This document shows, one piece after another, positions 30,105-40,701 of a DNA stretch of 64,000 nucleotides. The number at the start of each line of letters is the position of its first letter. Position 1 is the stretch's first letter. The stretch is from a virus. The notes under the pieces are model-generated. The model ran no database searches. It was given only the letters and a program-made list of their open reading frames with translations, and had not been told where the DNA came from. A program made the translations under genes and the position numbers. The stretch lies in the IMG/VR virus record IMGVR_UViG_3300032294_002706, positions 65,693-129,692 of that record, one strand, 5' to 3'.

Positions 30105-31637
30105 TTGTTAACATTTAAAGTTACAGAGGACCGTCGTCATCTACAATTAGTCTCTCACGACCTAAAGGGTGAGCTTAAGGACTTGCAACTCTATTTTAAA
30201 AAGAGACAAAAGGGCTATCACTTCAATAAACTTTACAAACGAAAACTTTGGGATGGATTTGATAAATTCATTGATCCTGAACTAAAAATTGGGGTCGGTT
30301 TATGGAAAGAAGTCATTAACTTCGGCAAAAAGTACGATTATGAGATCAACATTGAGGGCCTTGACGATCTACTTAATCTTAAATTCACTAAAGAACAGCT
30401 CAGTAAATTCGCATCAGTTCTGCTTGATGGAACTGGCATTGACATGCGAGACTATCAATTAGAAGCAGCTCACCGTGCTCTAAAGTACAAGTTCTGTTCT
30501 CAGGAACTTGCAACATCTGCTGGTAAAACCTTGATTCTCTACATTTACCTCTCTTTCCTAAAACGTAAGGGCATCATTACGACCGATAAGAAAGCCTTGA
30601 TCGTTGTTCCAAATATTTCACTGGTCGGCCAGACTGCCGAAAAATTCGAAAAGGATTATGCTACCGGTTTAATTAATTACAACGTGCTTTCAGTTGGAGG
30701 AACCAATAAGTATTCTGACAAGAAATTTGATGAGGCTGACCTAATCATATCGACCTATCAAAGTTTAAAAAACAAGGACGCTGATTTCTTTAAGAAATTT
30801 TCAGTTCTGTGTATCGATGAGTGCCACACAAGCCGAGGCGATTCAATCAAGAATATTCTACTTTCATCAACTAATGTAGAGTACAAATTGGGCCTATCCG
30901 GTACCATCCAGATCGAGGAACAGTATTCCGATTTCTTTAAGATTCAAGAATACTTGGGACCGTTAAGCATGACCCTAAAATCAAGCTTCCTAATTGATCA
31001 GCAACATTCGCCTAATGTCTATATTAAAATGATTAACCTACAGTATCCAGATAGTGAACCTTTTGTTAATCAATACAAAGCCTTAAGAGAATCAGGTCAA
31101 GCTGGCAAACAGTTATTTGATTCTGAAAGGGCTTTCATCGTGGGTTATGAGCCTAGAATTCAATTCATTTCTCAATTCGTTAAGAAACTTGGAGGAAATA
31201 CGCTAATCCTATTCATTAACGTTAAGGATCAATACGGTCAACGAATTTGTGATAAGATTAGGGAATGGAATGACCACGCTTATTATATCGACGGTGGAGT
31301 GGATGGAGACGATCGCGCCGATTACAAGGAGGCAATGGAACGTGAGGAAGGCGCAGTTATTGTGGCAAGTTACGGAACGTTCTCGACCGGGATTGACCTC
31401 AAGAAGGTCAATAATATCATATTCGCTGAAAGTTACAAATCTGAAATCACGATTCGTCAATCGATCGGTCGTGGAATGCGTAAACTTGCCGGAAAGCATG
31501 AAGTTACGGTGTACGATCTAATTGACGATCTTGACGGATACATCGTGAAACACGGAAAGGTCCGCGAAGCAATTTATCTTAAGGAAAAATTCATTGTGTC
31601 AAAGCACAGTTACGATTTAAGTAAACTTAAGGGTTAA
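30105..31637 (+). CDS. uvsW: UvsW-like SF2 helicase
   Basis: RDYQ, ATSAGKT, DECH, GLSGT, FSTGIDL, QSIGRGMR. Confidence 0.9.
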   Translation: MLTFKVTEDRRHLQLVSHDLKGELKDLQLYFKKRQKGYHFNKLYKRKLWDGFDKFIDPELKIGVGLWKEVINFGKKYDYEINIEGLDDLLNLKFTKEQLSKFASVLLDGTGIDMRDYQLEAAHRALKYKFCSQELATSAGKTLILYIYLSFLKRKGIITTDKKALIVVPNISLVGQTAEKFEKDYATGLINYNVLSVGGTNKYSDKKFDEADLIISTYQSLKNKDADFFKKFSVLCIDECHTSRGDSIKNILLSSTNVEYKLGLSGTIQIEEQYSDFFKIQEYLGPLSMTLKSSFLIDQQHSPNVYIKMINLQYPDSEPFVNQYKALRESGQAGKQLFDSERAFIVGYEPRIQFISQFVKKLGGNTLILFINVKDQYGQRICDKIREWNDHAYYIDGGVDGDDRADYKEAMEREEGAVIVASYGTFSTGIDLKKVNNIIFAESYKSEITIRQSIGRGMRKLAGKHEVTVYDLIDDLDGYIVKHGKVREAIYLKEKFIVSKHSYDLSKLKG

Positions 31638-32319
31638 TTAACTTTATTTCAAAGTCTCGGCCTCTCCAAGTATGAACGTAATAATTTACGCCGTCTACTT
31701 CATGTTCCTGCTGTTCGTAGCCCTCTCCCCAACCATCAGAATATTGGCCCAATAATTCTTCTTTCATTGCCTCAATGTCAAGATCAGATAGTGCAACAAC
31801 TTCAACGATAAAATTACCGTCCCTAGTTACTTCTTTTGCTCTAATCGTTTCAACTCCTGGCACATCTGAATACTCTTCAAGTTTAGATTCGTTAAAGTCA
31901 TTAACTATATCATTTTCGAAATCATTAGCCTGAACGACTCCTTGGTAAGATAACGGCTCCATGTAATCATTTGCTCTCCTAATTTCGTCTTCTGCTGCCT
32001 CAAAGAATTCATCCTCATCAATTTCTTCATTTTGGTACTGCATATAATCATAACTGAAATCAAAGCCAAGATCCTGAGCCTGACTCACGAAATCGTCAAC
32101 TCCGTATTGTGAAGCACTCTCAAACCAGCTTTGGTAGTCTAATCTAATGAATATTGGTGATTCAAACGTGAATGTTTTAGTTGTTGGAAAACCCATTGTT
32201 CCAAGTTCTCGAGTGGACGTATCGTCCATGGTAGAACCATCTGTTTCAGGCTTGCGATCAAAATCGAATTCTAACTGCTTTTCAGTTGTAAACTGTTCGA
32301 ATAGTTTAATGTGTTTCAT
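31627..32319 (-). CDS. very acidic protein with capsid-targeting-like motif
   Basis: MKHIKLFEQFTTE; GQYSDGWGEG. Confidence 0.6.
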   Translation of the reverse strand: MKHIKLFEQFTTEKQLEFDFDRKPETDGSTMDDTSTRELGTMGFPTTKTFTFESPIFIRLDYQSWFESASQYGVDDFVSQAQDLGFDFSYDYMQYQNEEIDEDEFFEAAEDEIRRANDYMEPLSYQGVVQANDFENDIVNDFNESKLEEYSDVPGVETIRAKEVTRDGNFIVEVVALSDLDIEAMKEELLGQYSDGWGEGYEQQEHEVDGVNYYVHTWRGRDFEIKLINP

Positions 32320-32348
32320 TTATAGTTGTTTTATTTTATCTTATTTAT

Positions 32349-33122
32349 TTATATAGAAGATCCACTAACCCACTCGTAAAAATGAGCTTCGGCAGTTTTT
32401 CTAAAATTTTCAATTTCGCCAGTTATCATTGCTAGATCTTCCTTAACTTCAGTAAGCTCAACAAGTTCCTTATTGATCCAATTTAGCAAATCTTGTCTAG
32501 CTTTCAGGGCCTCTTGTCCATTCTCAAGTTCATCAGCATTAATCAATCCCATATCAGCAAGTTCCTTAACATCCGGATTGCTCACCAAATTCTTAATTAG
32601 TTCAAGATCAGAATCGTCGTTAAGGTAGTTCAAGTAGTCTTCAATTTGATAACTTGCATCATCTTCGATATTATCATGAGTTGCTTCTGGATAGATTAGT
32701 AGCCAACCTCCGCTTTTGCCTCCGGCTCCAACGTCCTTTATCCATGAGAATGATTCTTTGTAGTCTTCGGCATGCATTTCATAAGTATCTTCCATGTACC
32801 TAGCCCAGTCCTCATACATCATTTCATCACAAAAATTCATGTTGACATCCTCTAGGTCTTCTTCTCCTCGTGCCGCCGCCCATTTCTCTAGGTCAGGATA
32901 TGCATGAATTTTCATGTTTAGAGCGTAGTGAGCTCTACCACCCTCACGTTCATACCAATACCTGTTCTCTAAATCATTCAAAGAGTTAGATAGCTCTTCT
33001 AACTTACCAAGGACTTCAGTATCCTGAAGTTGAGTTAACTTATTTAAGTAATACGAACCGATATCTCGGTTCGCTCTTTCCAATATGAATTGTGAAAACG
33101 TGTATAATCTATTACCTAGCAT
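32349..33122 (-). CDS. acidic protein with capsid-targeting-like motif
   Basis: LYTFSQFILE; GKSGGWL. Confidence 0.6.
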   Translation of the reverse strand: MLGNRLYTFSQFILERANRDIGSYYLNKLTQLQDTEVLGKLEELSNSLNDLENRYWYEREGGRAHYALNMKIHAYPDLEKWAAARGEEDLEDVNMNFCDEMMYEDWARYMEDTYEMHAEDYKESFSWIKDVGAGGKSGGWLLIYPEATHDNIEDDASYQIEDYLNYLNDDSDLELIKNLVSNPDVKELADMGLINADELENGQEALKARQDLLNWINKELVELTEVKEDLAMITGEIENFRKTAEAHFYEWVSGSSI

Positions 33123-33516
33123 TTTGTGCTTTACTTATTTCGATTGCCTGTAATTGTTTTACCGCCTTTTTACGACTTGTGTGAGTTCCTAATACTTTAG
33201 TTCCCTTTTTATTCTTTACTTCCCATTTATCTCCGTGCTTAACGATCTTTTCGTTCATCTCATTAAACTCTGAAAAGCTATGAACCTTATTCTCTTGAAT
33301 TACTAGTTCCAGCTGTTTTACTTGAACTGGCTCTGTTGCATATTGATGTTCAGCACTACACTTTCCGAACGCGGCTGCACATGTTTCAACTTTTTTAACT
33401 ATCTCAGCTACTTTATCTTTTATAACCTCAAGTTTTTGAACCTGTAAGGTAGTTAGTTCGGTCGTATTCTCGTCAATCGTGTACAGATATTCAAGAAATT
33501 GGTCAATTTTTTCCAT
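33112..33516 (-). CDS. hypothetical head-associated protein
   Basis: VHSFSEFNE followed by basic IVKHGDKWEV...LGTH...A..QL.AIE domain. Confidence 0.6.
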   Translation of the reverse strand: MEKIDQFLEYLYTIDENTTELTTLQVQKLEVIKDKVAEIVKKVETCAAAFGKCSAEHQYATEPVQVKQLELVIQENKVHSFSEFNEMNEKIVKHGDKWEVKNKKGTKVLGTHTSRKKAVKQLQAIEISKAQNAR

Positions 33517-34125
33517 TTATAAGGATATTTTTGAGGCAATAACAATGCCGAGTATTAATTTAGCGTAGACTAACTTAAAGTGAAAATACGTGAATATGAT
33601 GTTTAAATTTTCTTTAGAAATCTTAACGACTCCCTTCTTAGCATACAGTTTGTTCACTGAATTTATTACTGCAACTGCTTCAGATAGAGGCTTTCCTCCC
33701 AATAGAGACTGTATGACTTCATTGGAGGTTTCCTTACTTAGTGAAGAGGATCTGTCCTTGATTCCGTTAAGCCATACATCGGCTTCCATCACGATATCTC
33801 GCTTAAGAAAAATGTCCCGAGTCTTTAATCCCTTGTCTATGAGTTTCGCGATCTTATCTAGGCTCTTAACTGAGTTGGCAACGTCACCAATCCATTCAAG
33901 TTCGTCTGGGTACATTGAGATCACCATTTTTGACGGCGATCCATCATGTATGAATTGTATCAAGCTTGGGGTGCTTCTTCTAGTCGCTGAAAATTCTTCA
34001 TCGAACATCGTTGCCATGACCGGAGCCGATGATACTTCCATTGAGAATTCATCCCCAAATGGGAAATTCTTCATAAGCGGGAAGGCTCGGTTAATCTTGG
34101 TTCTTTCAGTAGTGACTTCTCTCAA
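33517..34125 (-). CDS. hypothetical protein
   Basis: 202-aa ORF after AATAAATA (34145-34152). Confidence 0.55.
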   Translation of the reverse strand: MREVTTERTKINRAFPLMKNFPFGDEFSMEVSSAPVMATMFDEEFSATRRSTPSLIQFIHDGSPSKMVISMYPDELEWIGDVANSVKSLDKIAKLIDKGLKTRDIFLKRDIVMEADVWLNGIKDRSSSLSKETSNEVIQSLLGGKPLSEAVAVINSVNKLYAKKGVVKISKENLNIIFTYFHFKLVYAKLILGIVIASKISL

Positions 34126-34195
34126 CTGGCAAAAGCTTTTTGGTTATTTATTTGGTAAATTAAACCAAATTGTGTATTTAAAGTACAACAAGTAT

Positions 34196-35821
34196 ATGTC
34201 AAAACAACTCGAACAACAAATCAAATCTTTAGATCTAAAGCAGAATGCAATAAAGATCTTAATTAACTCGTTTTACGGAGCCTTCGGTAATCGATATTTT
34301 TACTTCCATAACAATGATATTGCGCAATCAATCACTTTGCAAGGCCAAGATCTAATCAAGTTCTCAATCAAGGCCGTTAACCACTATTTCACACATAAGT
34401 GGCATTTAGATACAGAGCTTCATGAAAAGCTTGGAATAGCTGATATGAAAATCAATCAGATTGAGAGAGAAGCGGCAGTTTACACTGATACTGACTCGGT
34501 TTACGTATGTTTTGACTTTGCGATACAGTCGGTCGAAGGTTTACAATTATCTGATCGTGAAGCTCTTGAATTTTGCTTGGGAATTAACCGTAATCGATTA
34601 AAGAATTATTTTGAACAGGCTTTTGAAAAGTACGCATCTCATTTCAATACAGATAACCGCCAGAACTTTGAGCTTGAGAATTTATCCCGCGCTGGAATTT
34701 GGCTTGCAAAGAAAAAATACGTGCTAAAAGTTTCATACAAAGATAATAAGCATGAAAGACTCTTAGACAAGGAATCATTAATCATTAAGGGCCTTGAAGC
34801 AATTCAAGCATCGTATCCGATTTGGGCACGTAAGCATTTACAAGATCTTTATTGGGAACTCTTAGACTTGGGTTACAGTCTAGATCTTGAAAGAGACCTA
34901 ATTCCCAGGTTATCCGCTCTTAAGGACGAGTGTAATCAACTTACGATTGATGAGATTGCCTTTAACTTTTCAGTTAGAGTTTACGAAGATTACGTTAAGA
35001 AATTAAATCCTCTTCAGCTTGAAACTGGAATGCCAATTTACGGTAGAGCCGCCGCCTATCATAATCACTTAATCAAAAAGACCAATAACCAAAAGTACAA
35101 TCTCATTCGTAGCGGTTCAAAGATTAAATTCTACTATGCTGCTACTAACGAACATAATTTTGATATTTTTGCCTATACTCCCGGTGCTTTTCCGGAAGAG
35201 TTCGCAGTACCGATGGATAGAGACCAACAATTCTTTAGATTATTGGTTGAGCCCATTAATAAACTCTTAGTCGCAATGGGATATTCTGAATTAACTCCAA
35301 GCCTTGCTCGCAAGGTTGACATAATCAAATCAAGAAGTCGCAGCAAGGAGTTCACGCCAGAAGAAACATTCCCATTATATGCAGTTAGTTCAGTTACTCT
35401 AGAATACGCTGAAATTCCGGAAAGCTGTCAACACTTCATCAGTAATCCCGATCTACAGGTTCCGCCAGATCTTTTCTCAACCTACATTTCATCCATTTCA
35501 AAATTTGGTCTGAATACGGTAATTGTGCCAAAGCACGAACTTGTTAAATACCGAGATCGAGTTGCAAAGAAATTAGGAATTGAAGTATCTGATCCTTTTG
35601 CAATTCCGGTTGAAACAATGCAAGAATACTTAAGGGAAAACGGCTGGTCAGAAATAATCGATTCGCCGGATGGTGGTTCATGGTTGCAAACTGACAAGTA
35701 CGAAAAGGCTCTTAAAGCCAGAAAGGACATTTATAAAATGGGATACGATCTAGAAAAGGCATATAAGAGTGCAATAAAACCAAAGGCCGAAAAGAAGATA
35801 AAAGTAACTGATGAAAATTGA
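34196..35821 (+). CDS. family B DNA polymerase, C-terminal half (split gp43)
   Basis: Begins just before motif B (QNAIKILINSFYG), then YTDTDS, KKKY, IKGLE; no exonuclease or motif A; start set to ATG 34196. Confidence 0.85.
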   Translation: MSKQLEQQIKSLDLKQNAIKILINSFYGAFGNRYFYFHNNDIAQSITLQGQDLIKFSIKAVNHYFTHKWHLDTELHEKLGIADMKINQIEREAAVYTDTDSVYVCFDFAIQSVEGLQLSDREALEFCLGINRNRLKNYFEQAFEKYASHFNTDNRQNFELENLSRAGIWLAKKKYVLKVSYKDNKHERLLDKESLIIKGLEAIQASYPIWARKHLQDLYWELLDLGYSLDLERDLIPRLSALKDECNQLTIDEIAFNFSVRVYEDYVKKLNPLQLETGMPIYGRAAAYHNHLIKKTNNQKYNLIRSGSKIKFYYAATNEHNFDIFAYTPGAFPEEFAVPMDRDQQFFRLLVEPINKLLVAMGYSELTPSLARKVDIIKSRSRSKEFTPEETFPLYAVSSVTLEYAEIPESCQHFISNPDLQVPPDLFSTYISSISKFGLNTVIVPKHELVKYRDRVAKKLGIEVSDPFAIPVETMQEYLRENGWSEIIDSPDGGSWLQTDKYEKALKARKDIYKMGYDLEKAYKSAIKPKAEKKIKVTDEN

Positions 35822-36932
35822 GGAAATATCGGCCTTCTTGGAAATTCTCTTACGTAAGAGATTTCATGATGTGCCTGAAAAACAAAAGATTGAAGAGCAT
35901 AGTTCGCGTAAGCTAAATTTCGCGTGTCCAATCTGTGGAGACTCTGATAAAAAGGTCTCCAAGAAACGCGGTAATCTTTACTTAGACACTGGCGCTTACA
36001 AGTGTTTCAATGACGGCTGTATGGCTTACTTGCCAATAGGCGAGTTCATTGCCAGAATGAGTAAGGAACATGGCATCATGTTACCAAGCTTCTTACTGGA
36101 CGGAGATTATCAACCGGCTAAAGTAAAACGGGTTGAGAACCAGCTTTTGCGATTCTTAACCTCTGATACGAGTCAGCTTGTGACCATCACCGATATCATT
36201 AACCGATTCTCACTAAAACGGCTTGATCTCGTTCCGGAAACCTCTACTGCATTTCAATACATCAAGTCCAGAGATCTTAATCTAATCGAGGATTTTGGAG
36301 ACTGTCTCTACACTGATGCAAGCGATAACAAGGTTTACATATTTAATTTTGATCGCCGATCAGGTAGGCTGCTCGGGTTTGCAATTCGTAGCCTAGATCC
36401 AAACTCTGATCGAAAGTACATCATTAAGTCATACACCGATCTTTCAATTATTTTTGCTCAACGTGGATTGAATAAGGACCTAGTTGAGGATGCTAACTTC
36501 TTGAATAACTACTTCAATATCTTGAATGTAGATTTCACCAAGCCAATTCTAATGACTGAGGGTCAATTTGATTCGCTGTTACTTGAGAATTGTATTGCAA
36601 CGTCAGGCGCATCAAAGGCACGTAGCATTCTTGCGAATTTGGGAGCAAAGGGCGCAACTCGAGTGGTGTTTGACCGAGATAAAGCAGGTAAGACTCAGAT
36701 GATGAACTTCATCAAGCAAGGTTACTCGGTTTTTCTGTGGAACAAGGCAATCGATTTTCTAAAAAAGAAATATTCTTCAACCGAAGAGATGAAAGAGATT
36801 CAACGAATCAAGGACATTAATGATATGTACTCGTTCATTCATTCCAAGGACTCTGAGTACAGTCCGCGTGAATTTAATCAATGGATCAATAGCTATTTTA
36901 GCGAAACCGTGTTTGACATGGCGTACCTATAA
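35811..36932 (+). CDS. DNA primase (T4 gp61-like)
   Basis: CPICGDS...CFNDGC Zn finger; TEGQFDS, VFDRD, KDIND TOPRIM motifs. Confidence 0.85.
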   Translation: MKIEEISAFLEILLRKRFHDVPEKQKIEEHSSRKLNFACPICGDSDKKVSKKRGNLYLDTGAYKCFNDGCMAYLPIGEFIARMSKEHGIMLPSFLLDGDYQPAKVKRVENQLLRFLTSDTSQLVTITDIINRFSLKRLDLVPETSTAFQYIKSRDLNLIEDFGDCLYTDASDNKVYIFNFDRRSGRLLGFAIRSLDPNSDRKYIIKSYTDLSIIFAQRGLNKDLVEDANFLNNYFNILNVDFTKPILMTEGQFDSLLLENCIATSGASKARSILANLGAKGATRVVFDRDKAGKTQMMNFIKQGYSVFLWNKAIDFLKKKYSSTEEMKEIQRIKDINDMYSFIHSKDSEYSPREFNQWINSYFSETVFDMAYL

Positions 36933-36940
36933 ATAACTAT

Positions 36941-37447
36941 ATGAAACCTAAAGAGCAGAAGAGCATCAAGACCTTCTTAAAACCGCGAGCCGGGTCAATC
37001 AGACAGGGCTATTTTAAACCAACCTTTCCTGAAAAATACGTCGGGGATCCAACTCAAATCATATTTAGGTCAAGTTGGGAATTTAAGTTTCTTAAATGGT
37101 GTGATCATAGTCCAACCGTAATTAAGTACTCCAGCGAACCTGTTGGAATTCCTTACTACAGTCCATTGGACAAAAGAGGCCATACTTATTACATTGATTT
37201 TTACGTGGTTACAAAGGATACTGAGGGTAGAGAGCAGCCATGGTTAATTGAGATCAAGCCTGACAAGTACACCAAACCTCCAACTGCCCCAGCCAGAATG
37301 ACTGACAAGCAAACTGCGAGCTATGTGTATGCTGCAAAGCAGTACATCGTTAATCAGGCTAAATTTGAAGCAGCAAAAGAATTCGCTTCAGTCAGAGGTT
37401 TAAAATTCGGAATAATTACCGAAAACTTTCTGTTCAAATCAATATAA
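36941..37447 (+). CDS. head completion nuclease (T4 gp4-like)
   Basis: KYVGDP..I.FRSSWE, SSEP..IPY, YYIDF, IEIKP, NQAKFEAA; TATAAATA at 36928-36935. Confidence 0.85.
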   Translation: MKPKEQKSIKTFLKPRAGSIRQGYFKPTFPEKYVGDPTQIIFRSSWEFKFLKWCDHSPTVIKYSSEPVGIPYYSPLDKRGHTYYIDFYVVTKDTEGREQPWLIEIKPDKYTKPPTAPARMTDKQTASYVYAAKQYIVNQAKFEAAKEFASVRGLKFGIITENFLFKSI

Positions 37448-37456
37448 AAGATAGTA

Positions 37457-38089
37457 ATGGCAATACGACAAATAAAGGAATACATTGAAACTGGCAAGGT
37501 CGATAATTTTACTCAACCTGGTCCAAACTATCGGTTCTCTGAGGAATCCGTACAGGTTCCAATCCTGATTCCCGGCCATGTCTATACGTTTGTTGCGAAA
37601 ACAGTTAAGGGAAATGACGGATTGCCGAGCCTAGATGATTACACCTCAGGTCAAAGTAAAGGAACCAAACCGTATATTGATAACTATCCAATATTCATTT
37701 CGTTAGGAAGCAGTGGACCAATTGAATTTGGCTTAAACATTAAAGTAATGCCACAGCAATTAAGACGAAAATTCATCCAGACATATTTGAAAAGAATTCT
37801 ACCAGTTCTGTCTAACCTAACTGACGATAAGGGAGAGCTCATAGAATATCAAAAAAGAATCAGACAGCCAGAAATGAATCCTTTTGGCTCGGTGAATAAG
37901 AACTTCATAATGAGCATCAGCCCATATTCAGGTATTAAATTTGAGTTCCTGGTTGATAAATATAACAGAGAAGAAATGCGATACTTGCGCTTAATAGATT
38001 GGCCGACCGTGCCAAAAATCGGAGAAGTTAACTACTCTCGTGATGAATCTATTGCGACAAGGTCACAAATTTCAGACTTTTTGAAATAA
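37457..38089 (+). CDS. DNA end protector-like protein (T4 gp2-like)
   Basis: PGHVYTF, YPIFISL, GLNIKVMP..LR; adjacent to gp4-like gene. Confidence 0.5.
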   Translation: MAIRQIKEYIETGKVDNFTQPGPNYRFSEESVQVPILIPGHVYTFVAKTVKGNDGLPSLDDYTSGQSKGTKPYIDNYPIFISLGSSGPIEFGLNIKVMPQQLRRKFIQTYLKRILPVLSNLTDDKGELIEYQKRIRQPEMNPFGSVNKNFIMSISPYSGIKFEFLVDKYNREEMRYLRLIDWPTVPKIGEVNYSRDESIATRSQISDFLK

Positions 38090-38103
38090 CATAACATAAA
38101 TAA

Positions 38104-39786
38104 ATGGCAGGATTTTTAGATAGCAATCCAGTAAGAGGACTTAGATCAGGTTTAACCGCACTCAGCCGATTCGGTATGAAGTACGATGATCTACTCGTTA
38201 AGAATTCCCAAGCAATCGGTTATATTGAGGGCCAGCTAACGGGCTTCAATAATGCACTAGGCGACGACCTAATGAAAGCAACTCTTGCTCTATCGGACAC
38301 TACATCTTCACTCAAGAACAAGTCAATTGCATTCTTTCAATTGGACTATGTTCAAAAAAGAGAACGTCTTCGTGATCTTGCCTCAAACGGCGAGATTGAA
38401 TTCATTATTGAAACTATTGCTGATGATGCGATCGTATTCGACCAAGATAACCGTTTTTGTTATCCAAACGACCTAGTTGGGGAAATCAACTATCGTGGAA
38501 AGAACAAGGACGAGAGGTTGAATTATCAACAAAAGATCTTGGACAAGTACCAAGAGAATTTTGAAAAGATCTATAATGCATGGGGATTTGATCGTGGTAT
38601 TTCTGCATGGCAGTACTTTTATCAATGGTTAATCGAAGGCCACTTGGCTTTCGAAATCATCTACGATAACTTGACCAACCCCAAGGGTATTATCGGTTTC
38701 AAAGAATTAGATCCATCCACTCTGTATCCAGAAGTTAAAAAGGACTCAAGCGGTCGTATTTACCTACAATGGGCTCAACGCGATCCAGTCAATCGAATGA
38801 ATCGTACCTTAACTGATTCACAGATCATTTACATCTCGTACTCAAACGAATTTAGAACAAAGCGAGTTAGTTTCGTTGAGAGACTGATTCGTTCATTTAA
38901 CCTATTACGTTTGATTGAACACTCTAAAGTCATTTGGCATACAATGAATGCTCCAATCCGTTTAAAGACAACCGTTCCAGTTGGAACCAAGTCAATGCAA
39001 AAGGCAAAAGAGGACGTTCGCGAATTCACTAACACTCTAAAGGAAGACATTTCGTTTGACGGAAGCTCTGGAGAATTAATGGTGGACGGTAAACCAAATA
39101 TTCTATTCTATAAGAACTACGTTTTGCCTAAGAACGATCGTGGTGAAGCAATCGATATTGAAGCTCTTGAATATCCTGGACCAAACTTATCGGGCTCTGA
39201 GCTCTTGAAGTACTTCCAAGATAAGTTAAAACTTGATTCTAAATTGCCGTATTCTCGTTGGTCTGAAAATCAAGGATCTTACACGATGAACGCTGAAGGA
39301 ATCTCAAGAGAGGAAATTCGATACAACAAATTTATTAAACGTCTACGTTCAGCATTTAAAGAGCTTATGACTAAACCTCTTTACTTGCAAATGTGTTTGG
39401 ACGTGAAGGACCTTAAGTCTGATCATCGATTCGCGAATGCGGTTGGTTTAACATGGCACGATGATAACGTGTTTGAAGAAATCAAGACTCAAGAGCTACT
39501 TAACAAGCGTCTTGCGACTCTTAATGCAATGAAAGCTGTTGTTAATGATGAAAACAAACCTTACTTCTCAACCGAGTACTTGATTAAGGAATACTTGAAG
39601 CTTAGTGATGAAGATATCGCTAAGAACAAGAGCTATCAAGCTACTGCTGAGGGTGAAGCTGCTGCGGCAGCCGGTGGCGGCGGGTCAGCTGCTGCTCCAT
39701 CTGGAGGTGCTGCTGCTACACCAGCAGCAGAGACCGCTCCGTCTGGAGAAACTTCATCAGAAGTCGGAACTAAGGGCCAGTTATAA
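38104..39786 (+). CDS. gp20: portal vertex protein (T4 gp20-like)
   Basis: IETIADDAIV, WLIEGHLAF, ELDP, LIEHSKVIW...AP, YFQDKLK...KLPYSR, REEIRYNKFIKRLR. Confidence 0.9.
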   Translation: MAGFLDSNPVRGLRSGLTALSRFGMKYDDLLVKNSQAIGYIEGQLTGFNNALGDDLMKATLALSDTTSSLKNKSIAFFQLDYVQKRERLRDLASNGEIEFIIETIADDAIVFDQDNRFCYPNDLVGEINYRGKNKDERLNYQQKILDKYQENFEKIYNAWGFDRGISAWQYFYQWLIEGHLAFEIIYDNLTNPKGIIGFKELDPSTLYPEVKKDSSGRIYLQWAQRDPVNRMNRTLTDSQIIYISYSNEFRTKRVSFVERLIRSFNLLRLIEHSKVIWHTMNAPIRLKTTVPVGTKSMQKAKEDVREFTNTLKEDISFDGSSGELMVDGKPNILFYKNYVLPKNDRGEAIDIEALEYPGPNLSGSELLKYFQDKLKLDSKLPYSRWSENQGSYTMNAEGISREEIRYNKFIKRLRSAFKELMTKPLYLQMCLDVKDLKSDHRFANAVGLTWHDDNVFEEIKTQELLNKRLATLNAMKAVVNDENKPYFSTEYLIKEYLKLSDEDIAKNKSYQATAEGEAAAAAGGGGSAAAPSGGAAATPAAETAPSGETSSEVGTKGQL

Positions 39787-39807
39787 TTAACCTTTAATAC
39801 TTTATAA

Positions 39808-40701
39808 ATGCTAAGAAAAGTAACAGTAATCGGTGGGGCCGGATTCATCGGGTCTCATCTAGTAGACTTGTTAATAGAGAACGGTTTCTCTCCAGTAGTC
39901 ATCGATAATTTCTTAACCGGTAAACTTTCTAATTTGCCACAGAGCGGTGTTGACATTAAAGATTACGATATTACCGGAGATCCCCAGAGGATCGCTGAGA
40001 TGATAAAAGGATCTGAATGCGTATTCCATTTAGCCGCATTAACTTCTGTCCAGGAGTCATTAGATCACCCTGACCGTTACACTAACGTTAACGTTGTCGG
40101 TACAGCAAACATCCTTGAAGCCTGTAGAATTGCAGGAGTACAAAAGCTTGTATTTAGTTCAACTAGCGCGATTTACGGAAATACTTCAACGTTTCCTACT
40201 TCTGAGACTCAATCCCCTGATCCAATCTCAGCCTATGCTTTATCAAAGCTAGTCGGCGAAACTTATGCAAAGTACTATGCTGAAACAACTGACGTTACCG
40301 CGATATGTTTAAGATACTTTAACGTATTCGGGGAAAGAACTAATCCTAAAAGTTCGTATAGATCAGTAATTCCAATCTTTTTAGAACAATTTAAAAATGA
40401 CAAGCCCCTAACGATTACAAATGACGGTCTTCAGCAAAGAGATTTTATTTACGTGAAGGACGTTGCTCTTGCTAATCTAAAAGCAATGAGTCGTACTAAA
40501 AGATTTGATGTTATTAATGTTGGGTCAGGTAAAACCTGGTCAGTTAATCAAATAGCCGACATGCTTTCAATAAGTAGAGAAAATATTGGATTTAGGCTGG
40601 AACCAAAGATTAGTTTAGCTGATGTAAGTCGAGCTCAATCGGTTCTAGACTGGAAAGCTACTACTGATTTAGAAGCTTGGATTAAAGATCAAATAGTGTA
40701 G
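39808..40701 (+). CDS. NAD-dependent sugar epimerase/dehydratase (GalE-like)
   Basis: GGAGFIG, SSTSAIYG, YALSK, LRYFNVFG, RDFIYV. Confidence 0.9.
   Translation: MLRKVTVIGGAGFIGSHLVDLLIENGFSPVVIDNFLTGKLSNLPQSGVDIKDYDITGDPQRIAEMIKGSECVFHLAALTSVQESLDHPDRYTNVNVVGTANILEACRIAGVQKLVFSSTSAIYGNTSTFPTSETQSPDPISAYALSKLVGETYAKYYAETTDVTAICLRYFNVFGERTNPKSSYRSVIPIFLEQFKNDKPLTITNDGLQQRDFIYVKDVALANLKAMSRTKRFDVINVGSGKTWSVNQIADMLSISRENIGFRLEPKISLADVSRAQSVLDWKATTDLEAWIKDQIV

Noticed and set aside
33590-34195. N-terminal 200 aa of the 743-aa polymerase ORF
   Set aside because: It is the antisense shadow of 33517-34125 and has no polymerase motifs; a promoter-like motif and ATG at 34196 fit better.
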